Source: Squalus acanthias
Lineage: Eukaryota
NCBI GenBank assembly: GCA_030390025.1
Contig: CM059432.1
Span: 7,068,001 to 7,132,000 of the forward strand
Reading direction: 5' to 3'
DNA length: 64,000 nt
Made by a program: the position numbers and the translations under genes. This document shows positions 12,339-24,274 of this stretch, piece by piece (position 1 is the stretch's first letter; each line of letters starts with the position of its first letter). The notes under the pieces were generated by a model. That model was not told the DNA's origin, did no database searches, and saw nothing but the letters and a program-made list of their open reading frames with translations.

Positions 12339-12540
12339 ATATTCTGGGGCCAAGAGCATCTGAACTGCCTGGATCTGCTACATGAACTTCTCCAAGGCTA
12401 TCTCGGGCAAGATGCCAAGTCTCAGACATCGGACCACACACAGCAGCCATCATCTGCCATGGGCAGATATCAAGCATCCAAGACCGAGCACAGTTCTGAT
12501 GACTTGAGGACAGGGCAGTTTCAGTACATTCAAGATGCAG
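12339..12540 (+). CDS. VPS13B: VPS13B internal coding exon (window exon 2), phase 0 to 1
   Basis: ctatttAG|ATA ... GCAG|GTgcgt; 202 nt. Translates IFWGQEHLNCLDLLHELLQGYLGQDAKSQTSDHTQQPSSAMGRYQASKTEHSSDDLRTGQFQYIQDA, with the VPS13B motifs FWGQEHLNCL and SSDDLRTG. Not in the ORF track. Confidence 0.93.
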
Positions 12541-12677
12541 GTGCGTGGAATTATTGCTGTAGCATTCATCTCACTTTACCTTCTTACAAAACAAAAAATC
12601 TCTAGTTTGCAGGGTGGAGCAGACAGTTACAAATTTGCAAATAAGTAGCCCGAGTTGCCCTCTCACAGCATTGCTCA

Positions 12678-13130
12678 TGGAATATAGGAACAGGAGTAGA
12701 CCATCCAGCCCCTCGAGCCTGTTCTGTCATTCAATTAGATCATGGCTTATCTATATCTTCACTCCATCTACCCACCTTGGTTCCATAACCCTTGCCTAAT
12801 AAAAACCTAACAATCTCAGTTTTGAAATTTTCAATTGACCCCCAGCTTCAACAGCTTTTTGGGGGAGAGGGTTCCAGATTTCCACTATCCTTTGTGTGAA
12901 GAAGTGCTTCCTGACATCACCCCTGAGCGGCCTAGTTCTAATTTTAAGGTTCTGCCCCTTGTTCTGGACTCCCTCACTATAGGAAATAGTTTCTTTCTAT
13001 CTACCCTATCAACCTCTTTAACCATATTAAACACCTCAATTAGATCACTCCTTAATCTTCTATACTCAAGGGAATACAAGCCTGGTCTATGCAAACTGTC
13101 CTCGTAATTTAACCCTTTCAGCCCAGGAAT
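12678..13130 (-). mobile_element. CR1 LINE 3' fragment
   Basis: ORF 12885-13157 (GLNYEDSLHRPGLYSLEYRRLR). Confidence 0.85.
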
Positions 13131-13249
13131 CCTATTCCGCATGTACAACATAGACATGTTTAAACATTAAATTTAATAAATAAATAATTTCACTCATAAT
13201 TGCAAGTACAAATCTCATTGACCATATTCAATCTGTGTATTTTTAGAAA

Positions 13250-15330
13250 AACACAACAACTTGTTTTTAATGTAGAAAAACATCCGAAGGTGCTTCCCAG
13301 AGCCATAATCAGAAAATAACTATGTCGCCGAGCCAGAGATATTAGGAGAGGCGACCCAAAGCTTGGTCAGAGGTGGATTTGAAGGAGGGCCTTTAATGAG
13401 GAGGTGGAGTTGAAGTGGTGGCGGGATTTGGGAAGAGAATGCTAGAGCGTGTGCTCCAGGTAGCTTCAGGCAAATCTGTCAACGGTATGGCCAAGGAAGG
13501 GAGGTGGAGATGCACAAAAGGCCAGAGTCCGAGGAACAGAAAGTTCAGGGTGGGGTTGTAGAGTTGGAGCAGGTTACAGAGATAGGGAAGTGGCAAGGCC
13601 ATGCAGGGATTTCAACAACAAGAATGAGAATTTTAAATGGAGGTGAGGGGGGTGGGGGGTGGTGGTAGGGGAGGGAGGGCGGGGGGGGGGGCGGTAACCA
13701 GAAGCCAAATGTAGGTCAGTAAGGACAGGGTTTGATGGTGAGTGGGAAATGGTGCATAATAGGATACAGGCAGCAGTGCTTTAGATGATCTGAGGCTTAC
13801 GGAGCTTGGGGGATGAGAGACCGGCTAGAAGAGTATTAGAGTAAGCAAGTCTGGAAGTGACAGAGACGTGGATGAGGGTTTCAGCAGCACATGGACTGAG
13901 GTAGGCAGACAGTTGTGATGGAGAGGATATGGGGTCAGACGCACAGCTCAGCATTGACTAGAACACCAAGGTTGTAAACAGTCTGGTTCAGCCTGTGGAG
14001 GGCTGGAATCAGTGGCAAGGTTACGGAGCTTGTGGCAGGAGCCGAAGACGTTGGCTTTTGTCTTCCCAATTTTTAACTGCAGAAAATTCTAGGTCATCCA
14101 AGACTGGATGTCAGAAAAGCAGTCTGACAATACAGAAGCAGTGATGGGGTGGAGAGAGATGGTGCAGATGTAGAGCTGGGTGTCGCCAGTGTACAGCTGG
14201 AAGCTGACCCACCCCATGACTGCAGATAATGTCACCAAGGAGCAGCATGGAGATGAGGAAGAGGAGGTGGCCAAGAGTAAATCCCAGGAGGACTCCAGAA
14301 GCAACAGTGTTGGTGCAGCAAGAGAAACCTTTGCTAGACATGTTGCGGCTATGATTTGGATAGGCAAGAGTGGAACCAACTGAGAGCAGTCCCATTGAGC
14401 TGGATATCAACAGAGGGGATTTGGAGGAGGATGATGTGGCCAACTGTGTGAAAAGCTTCAAAGAGGACGAGGAAGGTTAATGCACCACGGTCACGGCCAC
14501 AGAAGATGTCATTTACGTCTTTCGTTAGGGTCGATTTTCAGCTGTGGTAGGATCGGAAACATGATTGGAGCAATTTAAGCATGGAATTTTGGAAAAGTTG
14601 GGCATGGATTTGGGACGCAATAACACGTCTTTAGAGAGGAAAGTGAGGTTGGAGATGGGGCGGTAGTTTGCAAGGACAGAAGTGTTGAAGGTGGGTTTTT
14701 TGAGGAGGAGTTGATGGCGGTTTTGAAATGGTGGAGAACAGTACCTGAGGGAGAGGTACAATATCAGGTGGCATGCAGGGCCAGCAGGTGAAGTTGGGTA
14801 GTCAGCAATTGAGTGGGAATAGGGTCAAGGAAGCAGGAGGTGGGTCTCATGGACAAGATGAGCTTGGAGATGGCATGAGGGCAGATAGAAGAGAAACTAA
14901 AGAAAGATGTGGGTTCCGGTCAAGGGAAGGGGGGAGCCCAGGGGTGAAGTTTAGTCAGAGGGGAGGTGGAGAAGCAGAGAATGTGGAATAGATGGTCTCA
15001 ATCTTAGTGAGAAAGGAGACAACACGGAGTGATTGGTGAGTGGAACCTTGTGTGGTATAGGATGCGAACAGCAGAGTCTTGGGTGGGCTTAATATTACAG
15101 AAGATGGAGGATGAAATGTTGGCCAGGAGAGCATTGAAATAGTCAAGTCCGAAAGTGACAAAGTAATATATGGACAGCGACAGGGTGGGCGATGTAACAG
15201 AGGTGGAAGGAGGCGGTCTTTCTGATGGAGACTGTATGGAATTGAAAGGTCAATTTGGACGCAGAGATTGCAAACAGTCTGGTTCAGCCTGAGACAGTGG
15301 CCAGAGAGGGGGATGGAATCGATGGCGATG
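13250..15330 (-). mobile_element. Degraded L2-like LINE (RT remnants)
   Basis: Remnants ANYRPISNLTFLSK and FQLYTGDTQLY...LSDCFSDIQSWM; tail caacaacttg at about 13255. Confidence 0.75.
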
Positions 15331-16002
15331 GGTAGAGAACTTTCACGTATGCAGTGAGAATAGGATCATGAAGGAAAGCCCAGGTGAAACATCCTAGCTC
15401 TGGGAATGGAGCAAGACAAAAATGAATGCCTTTGAGAGAGAGTAGGCTGGTGCAAGAGAGCTGGTTGGTTGTTTTTAAGATGTCTTGGGTAAGTATATTG
15501 GTAAATTTAGAGATTTTTTGTTCAGAATTGTTTAAATCTAAAGATTTGGTGATTTTTTTTTTTTGCAAATGGTGTGGGACGTTTGAACTAATCAGCATGT
15601 GTCACTTAACAGATTGTGATATTTAATTTGTTCGTTTTTAGTGAATTTAAGCTAACACTGGTGTTTTGTGCCCTATGGACATTTGCCAGATGTAAAACCT
15701 TTAATTATACGGGTTATTTCTATTTTTTTTTCAAGCAGACAACATGTATCAAGAATTGCTCATGCTGTCAAGGGTCAAGGAACAATTGCAACTTGGCAAA
15801 AATCACATAGCATAAAATTCAGTATATAATAATATTTTGATTTTAAACCCTATAAATCAGTCCCCTGTATTTAATAGATATAAAAATATGCATACAGTTG
15901 AGACTTGCGCACTAGAACTTGATATACCAGATTGGTGGAATTTGAACATAATATGGTATTTTTTGTTTTTGTTTAAAACTATCAACAATTGTGTACTTTA
16001 TA

Positions 16003-16460
16003 GGTGTCAGTCTTGACTTAGTGGTACCACTCTCGCCTCTGAGTCAGAAGGTCGTGGGTTCAAGCTCCACTTGAGCACATAATCTAGGCTGACACCTCCA
16101 GTGCAGTACTGAGGGAGTGCTGCACCGTCGGAGGTGCCGTTGATCACCTGAGACGATAAACCGAGGCCCCGTCCGCCCTCTCAGGTGGACGTAAAAGATC
16201 CCATGGCACTATTTCGAAGAAGAGCAGGGGAGTTCTCCCCAGTGTCCTGGCCAATATTTATCCCTCAATCAACATAACAAAAACAGATTATCTGGTCATT
16301 ATCACATTGCTGTTTGTGGGAGCTTGCTGTGCGCAAATTGGCTGCCGCGTTTCCTGCATTGCAACAGTGACTACACTTCAAAAGTTCTTCATTGGATGTA
16401 AAGTGCTTTGGGACGTCCTGAGGTCGTGAAAGGCGCTACATAAATGCAAGACTTTCTTTC
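16003..16460 (+). mobile_element. Full-length Deu-domain tRNA-SINE
   Basis: A-box-like tagtggtac, B-box-like ggttcaagctcc, Deu core, and tail aaggcgctacataaatgcaagactttcttt. Confidence 0.85.
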
Positions 16461-16811
16461 ATCTTACAGAGGAATCATTAAGACATAAACTAATGTGTCC
16501 TGTCTTGAGGTCCAACAGAAGAATCACGAATGCCATTTTTCTGCAAATCCCACATAATTTCATTATTTTAATTATATCGAAGGGATCCATCAAATTCCAC
16601 TTTTTAAATCCCAACAATAAATCATATTCATTTTCATTTATTCAGCCGCACATTACAATTCAGCTGTATGCTATGCCGCAGTGAAAATGGCCATTTTTCC
16701 TTTTGCAGAATAAACTTAATAAAATGGCTGTACCTCATTTAGAGTATTGATCCAATTCTCAAAATCAAAAATTAAAACGAAATGTTGACACACACATACC
16801 AATCAGTATAG

Positions 16812-17262
16812 TAGGGAATGCTTTTCAGCCAGCGCAACCTTTATTATGTGCACCAGTCTGGTGCCTGCGCAAAGTTTTTAATGTTTCGCTGGTGCAAGAT
16901 GTCCAAGCCCTCCACTTTGTGAGTGTGTTTGGGGCTGTAATGGCAGTCGCCCAGGTCGCCTTGCAAAACAGAACTGACGACATCTAGCTTGTGCAGCATC
17001 ATTGGCCCTTCCCTTTAAGCGAGGGAAGCAGCCTCTGTGATGAAAGAGTGCTGGTTACAATGCGCTCGAAATTGTTTAGCGATTAGCCGCTAACGCCCCG
17101 CTCTCTGACTTAAGCGCTCTCAGAGAAGTGTTTAGCGCTCCACTTCCCTCTTGGAGCCCTAAAATTCAATTTCACGGGAGGCGAGACTGATTAGCGCCTG
17201 GCGGTAATTTTTCAACTTTCAATGTTTTAGCGCCCCAAATGGGGCTACACCGAATTTCTCCC
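16812..17262. mobile_element. Degenerate GC-rich MITE related to 4220-4881
   Basis: Right end ggggctacaccgaatttctccct resembles 4839-4881; internal tagcgc(c) repeats. The left end is uncertain. Confidence 0.45.
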
Positions 17263-17432
17263 TCTGTCTTCTGAAAGAGTATAATGCATGGTAAAAATTT
17301 ACAGGTGTGCTTTTTAATAGAAAATATATATGAGAGATTGTTATTCGTCAGACTACGGGTTCAATACCGTGCAAATGTCCCCACATTTCTTTTTGTCCAT
17401 GTTATCAGTCATATAACAAGGAAAAAGAAAAA

Positions 17433-17822
17433 AGAAAGACTTGCATTTATATAGCGCCTTTCATGACCACAGGGCGTGCCAAAGCGCTTTACAGCCAAAG
17501 AAGTACTTTTTGAAGTGTAGTCACTGTTGTAATGTGGGAAACGCAGCAGCAAATATGCGCACAGCAAGCTCCCACAAACAGCAATGTGATAATGACCAGA
17601 TAATCTGTTTTTTTTTTTGTTATGTTGATTGAAGGATAAATATTGGCCAATAACTCCCCTGCTCTTCTTCGAAATAGTGCCGCGGGATCTTTTACGTCCA
17701 CCTGAGAGGGCAGACGGGGCCTCGGTTTAACGTCTCATCCGAAAGACGGCACCTGCGACAGTGCAGCACTCCCTCAGCACTGCACTGGAGTGTCTGTCAG
17801 CCTAGCTTTTTGTGCTCAAGTG
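17433..17822 (-). mobile_element. Deu-domain tRNA-SINE, head truncated
   Basis: Reverse complement of the family consensus. Confidence 0.8.
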
Positions 17823-18194
17823 TCAAATGTTGATGTATTGTGACGAGTGAATGCAAGTTTTCAGTCGATTTGACTGGTACAAAGTGGATTTATGTTCCTT
17901 GAGTGCAACCCGGACGAGATCTTACCGCCGCAGGTGGCCTGCATTGTAAAACCATTTGGAGGTGCTGTATATTTTATTCAAATGCTGAACTTTGATTTGC
18001 ACTGCCACATGAACACATAGCTGCTTATTATGGAATGTGCACCGCTTTTCCAGCATCTGCATTGCAGATTGGATCATGACACTGTGAAAAGCCAAATCCA
18101 AGACTAATCTGGAACTCCCAACCAACGGGAGATGTGTTCCCTGATATCATGATTTGCAGCAGGCTGTGGTTACAATCAAAGATCCATAAAGATA

Positions 18195-18552
18195 GGATTA
18201 CATAGGATATGCGGCACAGAAACAGGCCATTCGGCTCAACCAGTCCATGCCGGCGTTTATGCTCCACACGAACCTCCTCCCGTCTTTCCTCATCTAAATC
18301 TATCAGCGTAACCCTCTATTCCCTTCTCCCTCATATGCTTATCTAACCGCCCCTTAAATGCATCTATACTGTTCGCTTCAGCCACTCCCTGTGGTAGCGA
18401 GTTCCACATTCTCACCACTCTTTGGGAAAAGAAGTTTCTTCTGAATTCCCGATTGGATTTCTTGGTGACTATCTTATATTGATGGCCTCTAGCTTTGCTC
18501 TTCCCCACAAGTGGAAACATTCTCTCTCTATCCACTCTATCAAAACCTTTCC
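18195..18552 (-). mobile_element. CR1 LINE 3' fragment
   Basis: FDRVDRERMFPLVG...RVVRMWNSLP; same family as 55025-55295. Confidence 0.85.
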
Positions 18553-19332
18553 TCTTCAATGTTCCGAACGTATTGTCACCACCCAACCGTGAGCCCGGCA
18601 TAATTTGTTTGAATCCTTTCAGTCTGATTTCCAACCTATTCACAGCACTGAGGATTCAACCACATCCTGTAACATAGCAACTGGCAGCTTATCCTTCATC
18701 GTTGTCATTGACCTATCTGCAGCGTTTGGGGTGGTTGATCACTCATTCCTGGTCCCCACCCTCACCTCCAAAGTCTATTTGCATGATACTAACAAAACAT
18801 GGGTCCATTTTCTATCTTCCCAATGTAGTCAGTATATCTCATCCAATGGCTTCATCCCCTGCCGCTGCAGTCACCTCGGCATGCCATCCTTGGACTAATC
18901 TTTTTTGATACATCTACATGCCACCCCTTAGTGACACTTGGTGTCACCTTCCATATGTATGCCGATGACACCACCCGTTGACTCCCCCCCCCACCCCGAC
19001 AACTTTCCACCAGCACCCTTACCTCCATGAAAACTGCTATGATATCTGGCATCAGCTTCATGCAGGCTGAACCCTTTTGTCCTGAGCTGAACTTCAAATC
19101 CCACTTTTCTGGGTGTCGCCAATACCACCTGCTTCTGGAGAAGTGCCTTTCCACGTCTCCAATATTCCCCTACCGCCATTGAGGCCATCATCTACCCATT
19201 CCTCACCTCAAGGTGTGATTGCTCCAATGCTTTTTCGCCTGGCCTCCTGAGCTGCACCTTATATAAAGTTCACCTCATATTCCATATCGTACCAGTCGCA
19301 CAATCTAACGCCCCAACCCTTGCTGACTTCTG

Positions 19333-19418
19333 AAATAAAAACAGAAAATGTTGGAAATACTCAGCAGGACAGGCAGCATCTGTGGAGAGAGAAACAGAGT
19401 TAACGTTTCAGGTCGATG
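19333..19418 (-). mobile_element. Short Penelope-terminal-repeat-derived insertion; 17-bp duplication
   Basis: ACCCTTGCTGACTTCTG at 19316-19332 and 19419-19435. Confidence 0.8.
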
Positions 19419-19462
19419 ACCCTTGCTGACTTCTGTTGGCTCCCCATTCCCCAGTAAATCAA

Positions 19463-21903
19463 CTTCAAAATACTGTGGAGGATGAATTCCTGGAGTGTGT
19501 ACGAGATGGATTTTTAAACCAGTACGTTGAGGAGCCAACTAGGGAACAGGCTATCCTAGATTGGGTATTGTGCAATGAGAAGGTGTTAATTACTAATCTT
19601 GTTGTGCGGGGTCCTTTAGGGAAGAGTGACCATAACATGTAGAATTCATCATTAAGATGGAAAGTGAAGTAGTCCAATCCGAAACTAGGGTCCGAAATCT
19701 AAACAAAGGAAACTACGAAGGTATAAGGAGTGAGTTGGCTATGATAGATTGGGGAGCTTCATTAAAAGGCATGACGGTAGATAGGCAATGGTTAACATTT
19801 AAGGAACGAATGCATGAATTGCAACAGTTATACATTCCTTTCTGGCGCAAAAACACAAAAGGAAAAGCGGCCCAACCATGGCTAACAAAAGAAATTAAAG
19901 ATAGTATTAGATCCAAAGAGGAGTCATATAAAGTTGCCAGAAAAAGTAGCAAGCCTGAGGATTGAGAGCAGTTTAGAATTCAGCAAAAATGGACCAAGAG
20001 ATTGATTAAGAGGGGAAAAATAGAGTATGAGAGTAAACTTGCAAGGAACATAAAAGTGGATTGTAAAAGCTTCTACAAGTATGTAAAAAGAAAAAGATTA
20101 GTGAAGACAAATGTAGGTCCCTTACAGTCAGAAACGGGAGAATTTATAACGGGGAACAAGGAAATGGCAGAGCAATTAAACAAATACTTTGGTTCCGTCT
20201 TCACAGAAGAGGACACAAATAACTTCCCAGAAATGCTAGGGAACCAAGGGTCCAGTGAGAAGGAGGAATTAAAGGAAATTAGTATTAGTAAAAAAAATAG
20301 TGCTGGAGAAATTAATGGGACGGAAAGCTGATAAATCCTCAGGGCCTGATAATCTGCATCCCAGAGTACTAAAAGAGGTAGCCATGGAAATAGTGGATGC
20401 ATTGGTTGTCATCTTCCAAAATTCTATAGATTATGGAACAGTTCCTGCAGATTGGAGGGTGGCAAATGTAACCCCACTATTTAAAAAAGGAGGGAGAGAG
20501 AAAACAGGGAACTACAGGCCGGTTAACCTAACATCAGAAGTAGGGAAAATGCTAGAGTCTATTATAAAGGATGTGATAACAGGACACTTAGAAAATATCA
20601 ATGGGATTAGACAAAGTCAACATAGATTTATGAAAGGGAAATCGTGTTTGACAAACCTACTGGAGTTTTTTGAGGATGTAACTGGTAGAACAGATAATGG
20701 AGAACCAGTGGATGTGGTGTATTTGGATTTTCAGAAGGCCTTTGATAAAGTCCCACAAAAGAGGTTAGTGTGCAAAATTAAAGCACATGGGATTGGGGGT
20801 AATATACTGGCATGGATTGAAAATTGGTTAACAGACAGGAAACAGAGAGTAGGAATAAATGGGTCTTTTTCGGGGTGGCAGGCGGTGACTAGTGGGGTAC
20901 CGCAGGGATCAGTGCTTGAGCCCCAGCTATTCACAATATATATCAATGATTTGGATGAGGGAACCAAATGTAATATTTCCAAGTTTGCTGACGACACAAA
21001 ACTAGGTGGGATTGTGAGTTGTGAGGAGGATGCAAAGAGGCTTCAAGGTGATTTAGACAAGTTGAGTGAGTGGGCAAATACATGGCAGATGCAGTATAAC
21101 GTGGATAAATGTGAAGTTATCCACTTCGGTAGGAAAAGCAGAAAGGTAGAGTATTATTTAAATGGTGATAGATTGGGAAATGTTGATGTACAAAGGGACC
21201 TGGGTGTCCTTGTACACCAGTTACTGAAAGCAAACATGCAGGTGCAGCAAGCAGTTAGGAAGGCAAATGGTATATTGGCCTTCATTGCAAGAGGATTTGA
21301 GTACAGGAGCAAGGATGTCTTACTACAGTTATACAGGGCCTTGGTGAGACCACACCTGGAGTACTGTGTGCAGTTTTGGTCTCCTTACCTAAGAAAGGAT
21401 ATACTTGCCATAGAGGGAGTGCAGCGAAGGTTCACCAGACTGATTCCTGGGATGGCAGGCCTGTCTTATGAGGAGAGATTGAGTCGACTAGGCCTGTATT
21501 CACTAGAGTTTAGAAGAATGAGAGGGGATCTCATTGAAATGTATAAAATTCTGACAGGACTAGACAGACTGGATGCAGGGAGGATGTTTCCCCTGGCTGG
21601 GGGGTCTAGAACAAGGGGTCACAGCCTCAGGATACGGGGTCGGCCATTTAGGACTGAGATGAGGAGAAATGTCTTCACTCAGAGGGTGGTGAACCTGTGG
21701 AATTCTCTACCACAGAAGGCTGTGGAGGCCAAGTCACTGAATATATTTAAGAAGGAGATAGATAGATTTCTAGACACAAAAGGCATCAAGGGGTATGGGG
21801 AGAGAGCGGGAATATGGTATTGAGATAGAGGATCAGCCATGATCATATTGAATGGCGAAGCAGGCTCGAATGGCCTACTCCTGCTCCTATTTTTCTATGT
21901 TTC
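19463..21903 (+). mobile_element. 5'-truncated CR1 LINE ORF2 (end of endonuclease plus reverse transcriptase), disrupted
   Basis: ORFs 19436-19642 (GKSDHN), 19657-19965, 20002-20331 and 20300-21823 (507 aa; YLDFQKAFD, GVPQGS, FADDTKL). Stops at about 19640 and 19963, a frameshift in the A-run near 20290, and a 3' (ttctatgt)-type tail. Confidence 0.95.
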
Positions 21904-21959
21904 TAAAACCTTTGTCATGCTGCTTGTCTGAAATCCAGTTCGGGTGAGAAAAAATATCC

Positions 21960-22440
21960 TCCAATTAAATATTGGGAAGACCATGTCCCACTCATCCATA
22001 ACCCCCTGTGCTCGCTGACATACATACACTACTGTTCCAGCAACGACTCAATTTTAAAATCCTCATCCTTCTGTTCAAATCCCTCCATGGCCTCGCCCCT
22101 CCCTAGCTCTGTAACCTCCTCCAGCACTATAACCTTCCGAGATCTGTGCGCTCTTCCAATTCTGGCCTCTTGCTCATCCCTTATTTCCATCACCCCACCA
22201 TTGGCGGCCGTGCTGCAGCTGCTGTTCTGGAATTCCTTTCCTAAACCTCTCCTCCTCTCTACATCTCTCTCCTCCTTTAAGACTCTCCTTGAATCCTACC
22301 TATTTGAGCAAGCTTTTGGTCTTAATATCTCTTTATGTGGCTCTATGTCAGATTTTGTTTGATAATCGCTCCTGTGAAGCACTTTGGAACATTTTGCTAC
22401 GTTAAAGGCGCTATATAAATACAAGTTGTTGTTGTTGTTC
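21960..22440 (+). mobile_element. L2-like LINE 3' end with (GTT)n tail
   Basis: ...gttaaaggcgctatataaatacaagttgttgttgttgtt. Confidence 0.75.
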
Positions 22441-22789
22441 TCATTCTCAAATCCCTCCATGGATTTGCTTGACTGTAATTCTGCAGTGTTTTTAACTTGA
22501 GACCCAGTGCCCACCCTGGACTATAGTCTACGAAGTTGTTTCCAAAACCCCTCCGCCGCCCAACCCGCCCCTCTCCCCAGCTCCCCTCTGTCATTCAGGG
22601 TAAAGACTTCAGCCACCAATACACTCTTCGTAAATGCCTTTGCCTTGCTGCCTTTCTCTCCACTACCAAAAGCCTCCACAACACCTGCTACTTCAACTGT
22701 GCCTTTGATGGCCACCCATAACTTCTCTCTCATTTCCTACTCTTGTGTAAAGTGATGCCAGTGACCTTGTATTAAAATATCAGTAGAAC

Positions 22790-23092
22790 TTTCAAAAGGA
22801 GATTGGATATACACTTGCAGGACTATGGGGAAAGAGCAAGGGAGTGGGACTGCTTGGGTAACTCTTTCAAAGAGCAGGCACAAAGGCACAGGAGTAGGCC
22901 ATTCAGCTCCTCGAGCCTGTTCCACCATTCAGTTAGATTATGGCTGATCTGTATCTTAACTCCATCTACACGCCTTGGTTCCGTAACCCTTAATACCCTT
23001 GCCTAACAAAAGCCATCGGTCTCAGTTTTTAAATTTTCAATTGACCCCCAGTCTCAACAGCGAATAGCCTCCTTCTGTGATGTATGATTATA
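22790..23092. mobile_element. CR1 3' UTR (+) interrupted by an opposite-strand CR1 3' UTR (about 22886-23062)
   Basis: ctatggggaaagagcaagggagtgggac...gcaggcaca, then inverted ggagtaggccattc..., then resumes at cgaatagcctccttctgtg. Confidence 0.6.
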
Positions 23093-23094
23093 TA

Positions 23095-23425
23095 CGGGAA
23101 TGATAGCATAGTGGTTATGTTACTGGACTAGTAATCCAGAGTCCTGGACTTGATCCGGAGATATGAGTTCAAATCCTACCACGGGGAATTCAGTTAATTA
23201 AATAAAAATCTGGAATAAAAAGCTAGTATCAGTAATGGTGACCATGTCGTAAAAACCCATCTAGTTCACTAATGTCCTTTAGGGAAGGAAATCTGCCGTC
23301 CTTACTTGGTCTACAGACTCTGAAATGGCCTAGCAAGCGGTCAAGAAGGCGGCCATCTTCTCGAGGGCAGTTAGGGATGGGCAACAATTCGGGATGGGCG
23401 CCCACATCCCATGAATAAATTAAAA
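23095..23425 (+). mobile_element. SINE family B (tRNA-like head)
   Basis: Head agcatagtggttatgttactggactagtaatcc...gagttcaaatcc; tail shared with LINE family X. Confidence 0.75.
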
Positions 23426-24274
23426 AAAACTTATCCTTGTTTATCTAACTGGAAGCAGTAATGTCATGTTGATATTTCAATTCGAATGAATGGAGAACGC
23501 ATTTAACTTGTATGTGATCATTTTTGTTTTATTTTAAAGCATTTAATGAAATCTTTTGGGACTAATTCCATAAACAAAGAATGTAATATTAATCATTGAT
23601 AAATGAGGATTTCTAAGAAAATTTCCAAACATAAGAGTGTAGTGATGAGGTTTGGAAGGATATCTGTTTATACACTGGAATATTAGCTTTGCTGAAACTT
23701 GAGGCTTGCTTCTTTTATCCGAGCGAATCTTAAAACACATCTGGTGGGTCTCTTGCGCCAAGGAACAGAAATTTGATAAATTAAAAGTTCTGAGATAATC
23801 TCTTTCTTAGAAAGGACAAACATCTGTAAGATTCCGTAGGACACAGGAAATATTATCTCCAGCAGATAACACAGAAGGACATCTGCAGCACAAACGTCCA
23901 CAGGGTGTTACGAAGCAGACAAATTGTGTCGCCTGTAGCAAATGGTATAGCTCAGAATTATTTTTCATCTGTTGCAAGGCAAGGGAATAATCATTTTTTT
24001 TGTCTGATATACAAGTGGAAACTTGAAACCTAGCAGAAAAATGGCATGAAGAGAAATTAAGCATCAGAGAAACTTCTAATGGGATTATGGTTTGCTGTGA
24101 TTCAGCCCAACATAACAAATCCGGCAGAATAAGAGCACTGTTTTCAGCAGGCTTGTTAAAAACATCCTTTCCTACAAGACACTCCTGATAGGAGCTGCGG
24201 AATTAAAAGGAAAAAAAAGGGCTTGCGTTTTATATAGCACCTTTCGCATCCTCAGGACATCACGTGTCGCTCAT

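Noticed and set aside
16010..16075. tRNA genes at SINE heads
   Set aside because: The tRNA-like heads continue directly into SINE bodies and lack a complete cloverleaf.
20300..21823. 507-aa RT ORF as a host gene or active element
   Set aside because: It is part of a 5'-truncated CR1 with upstream stops and a frameshift.
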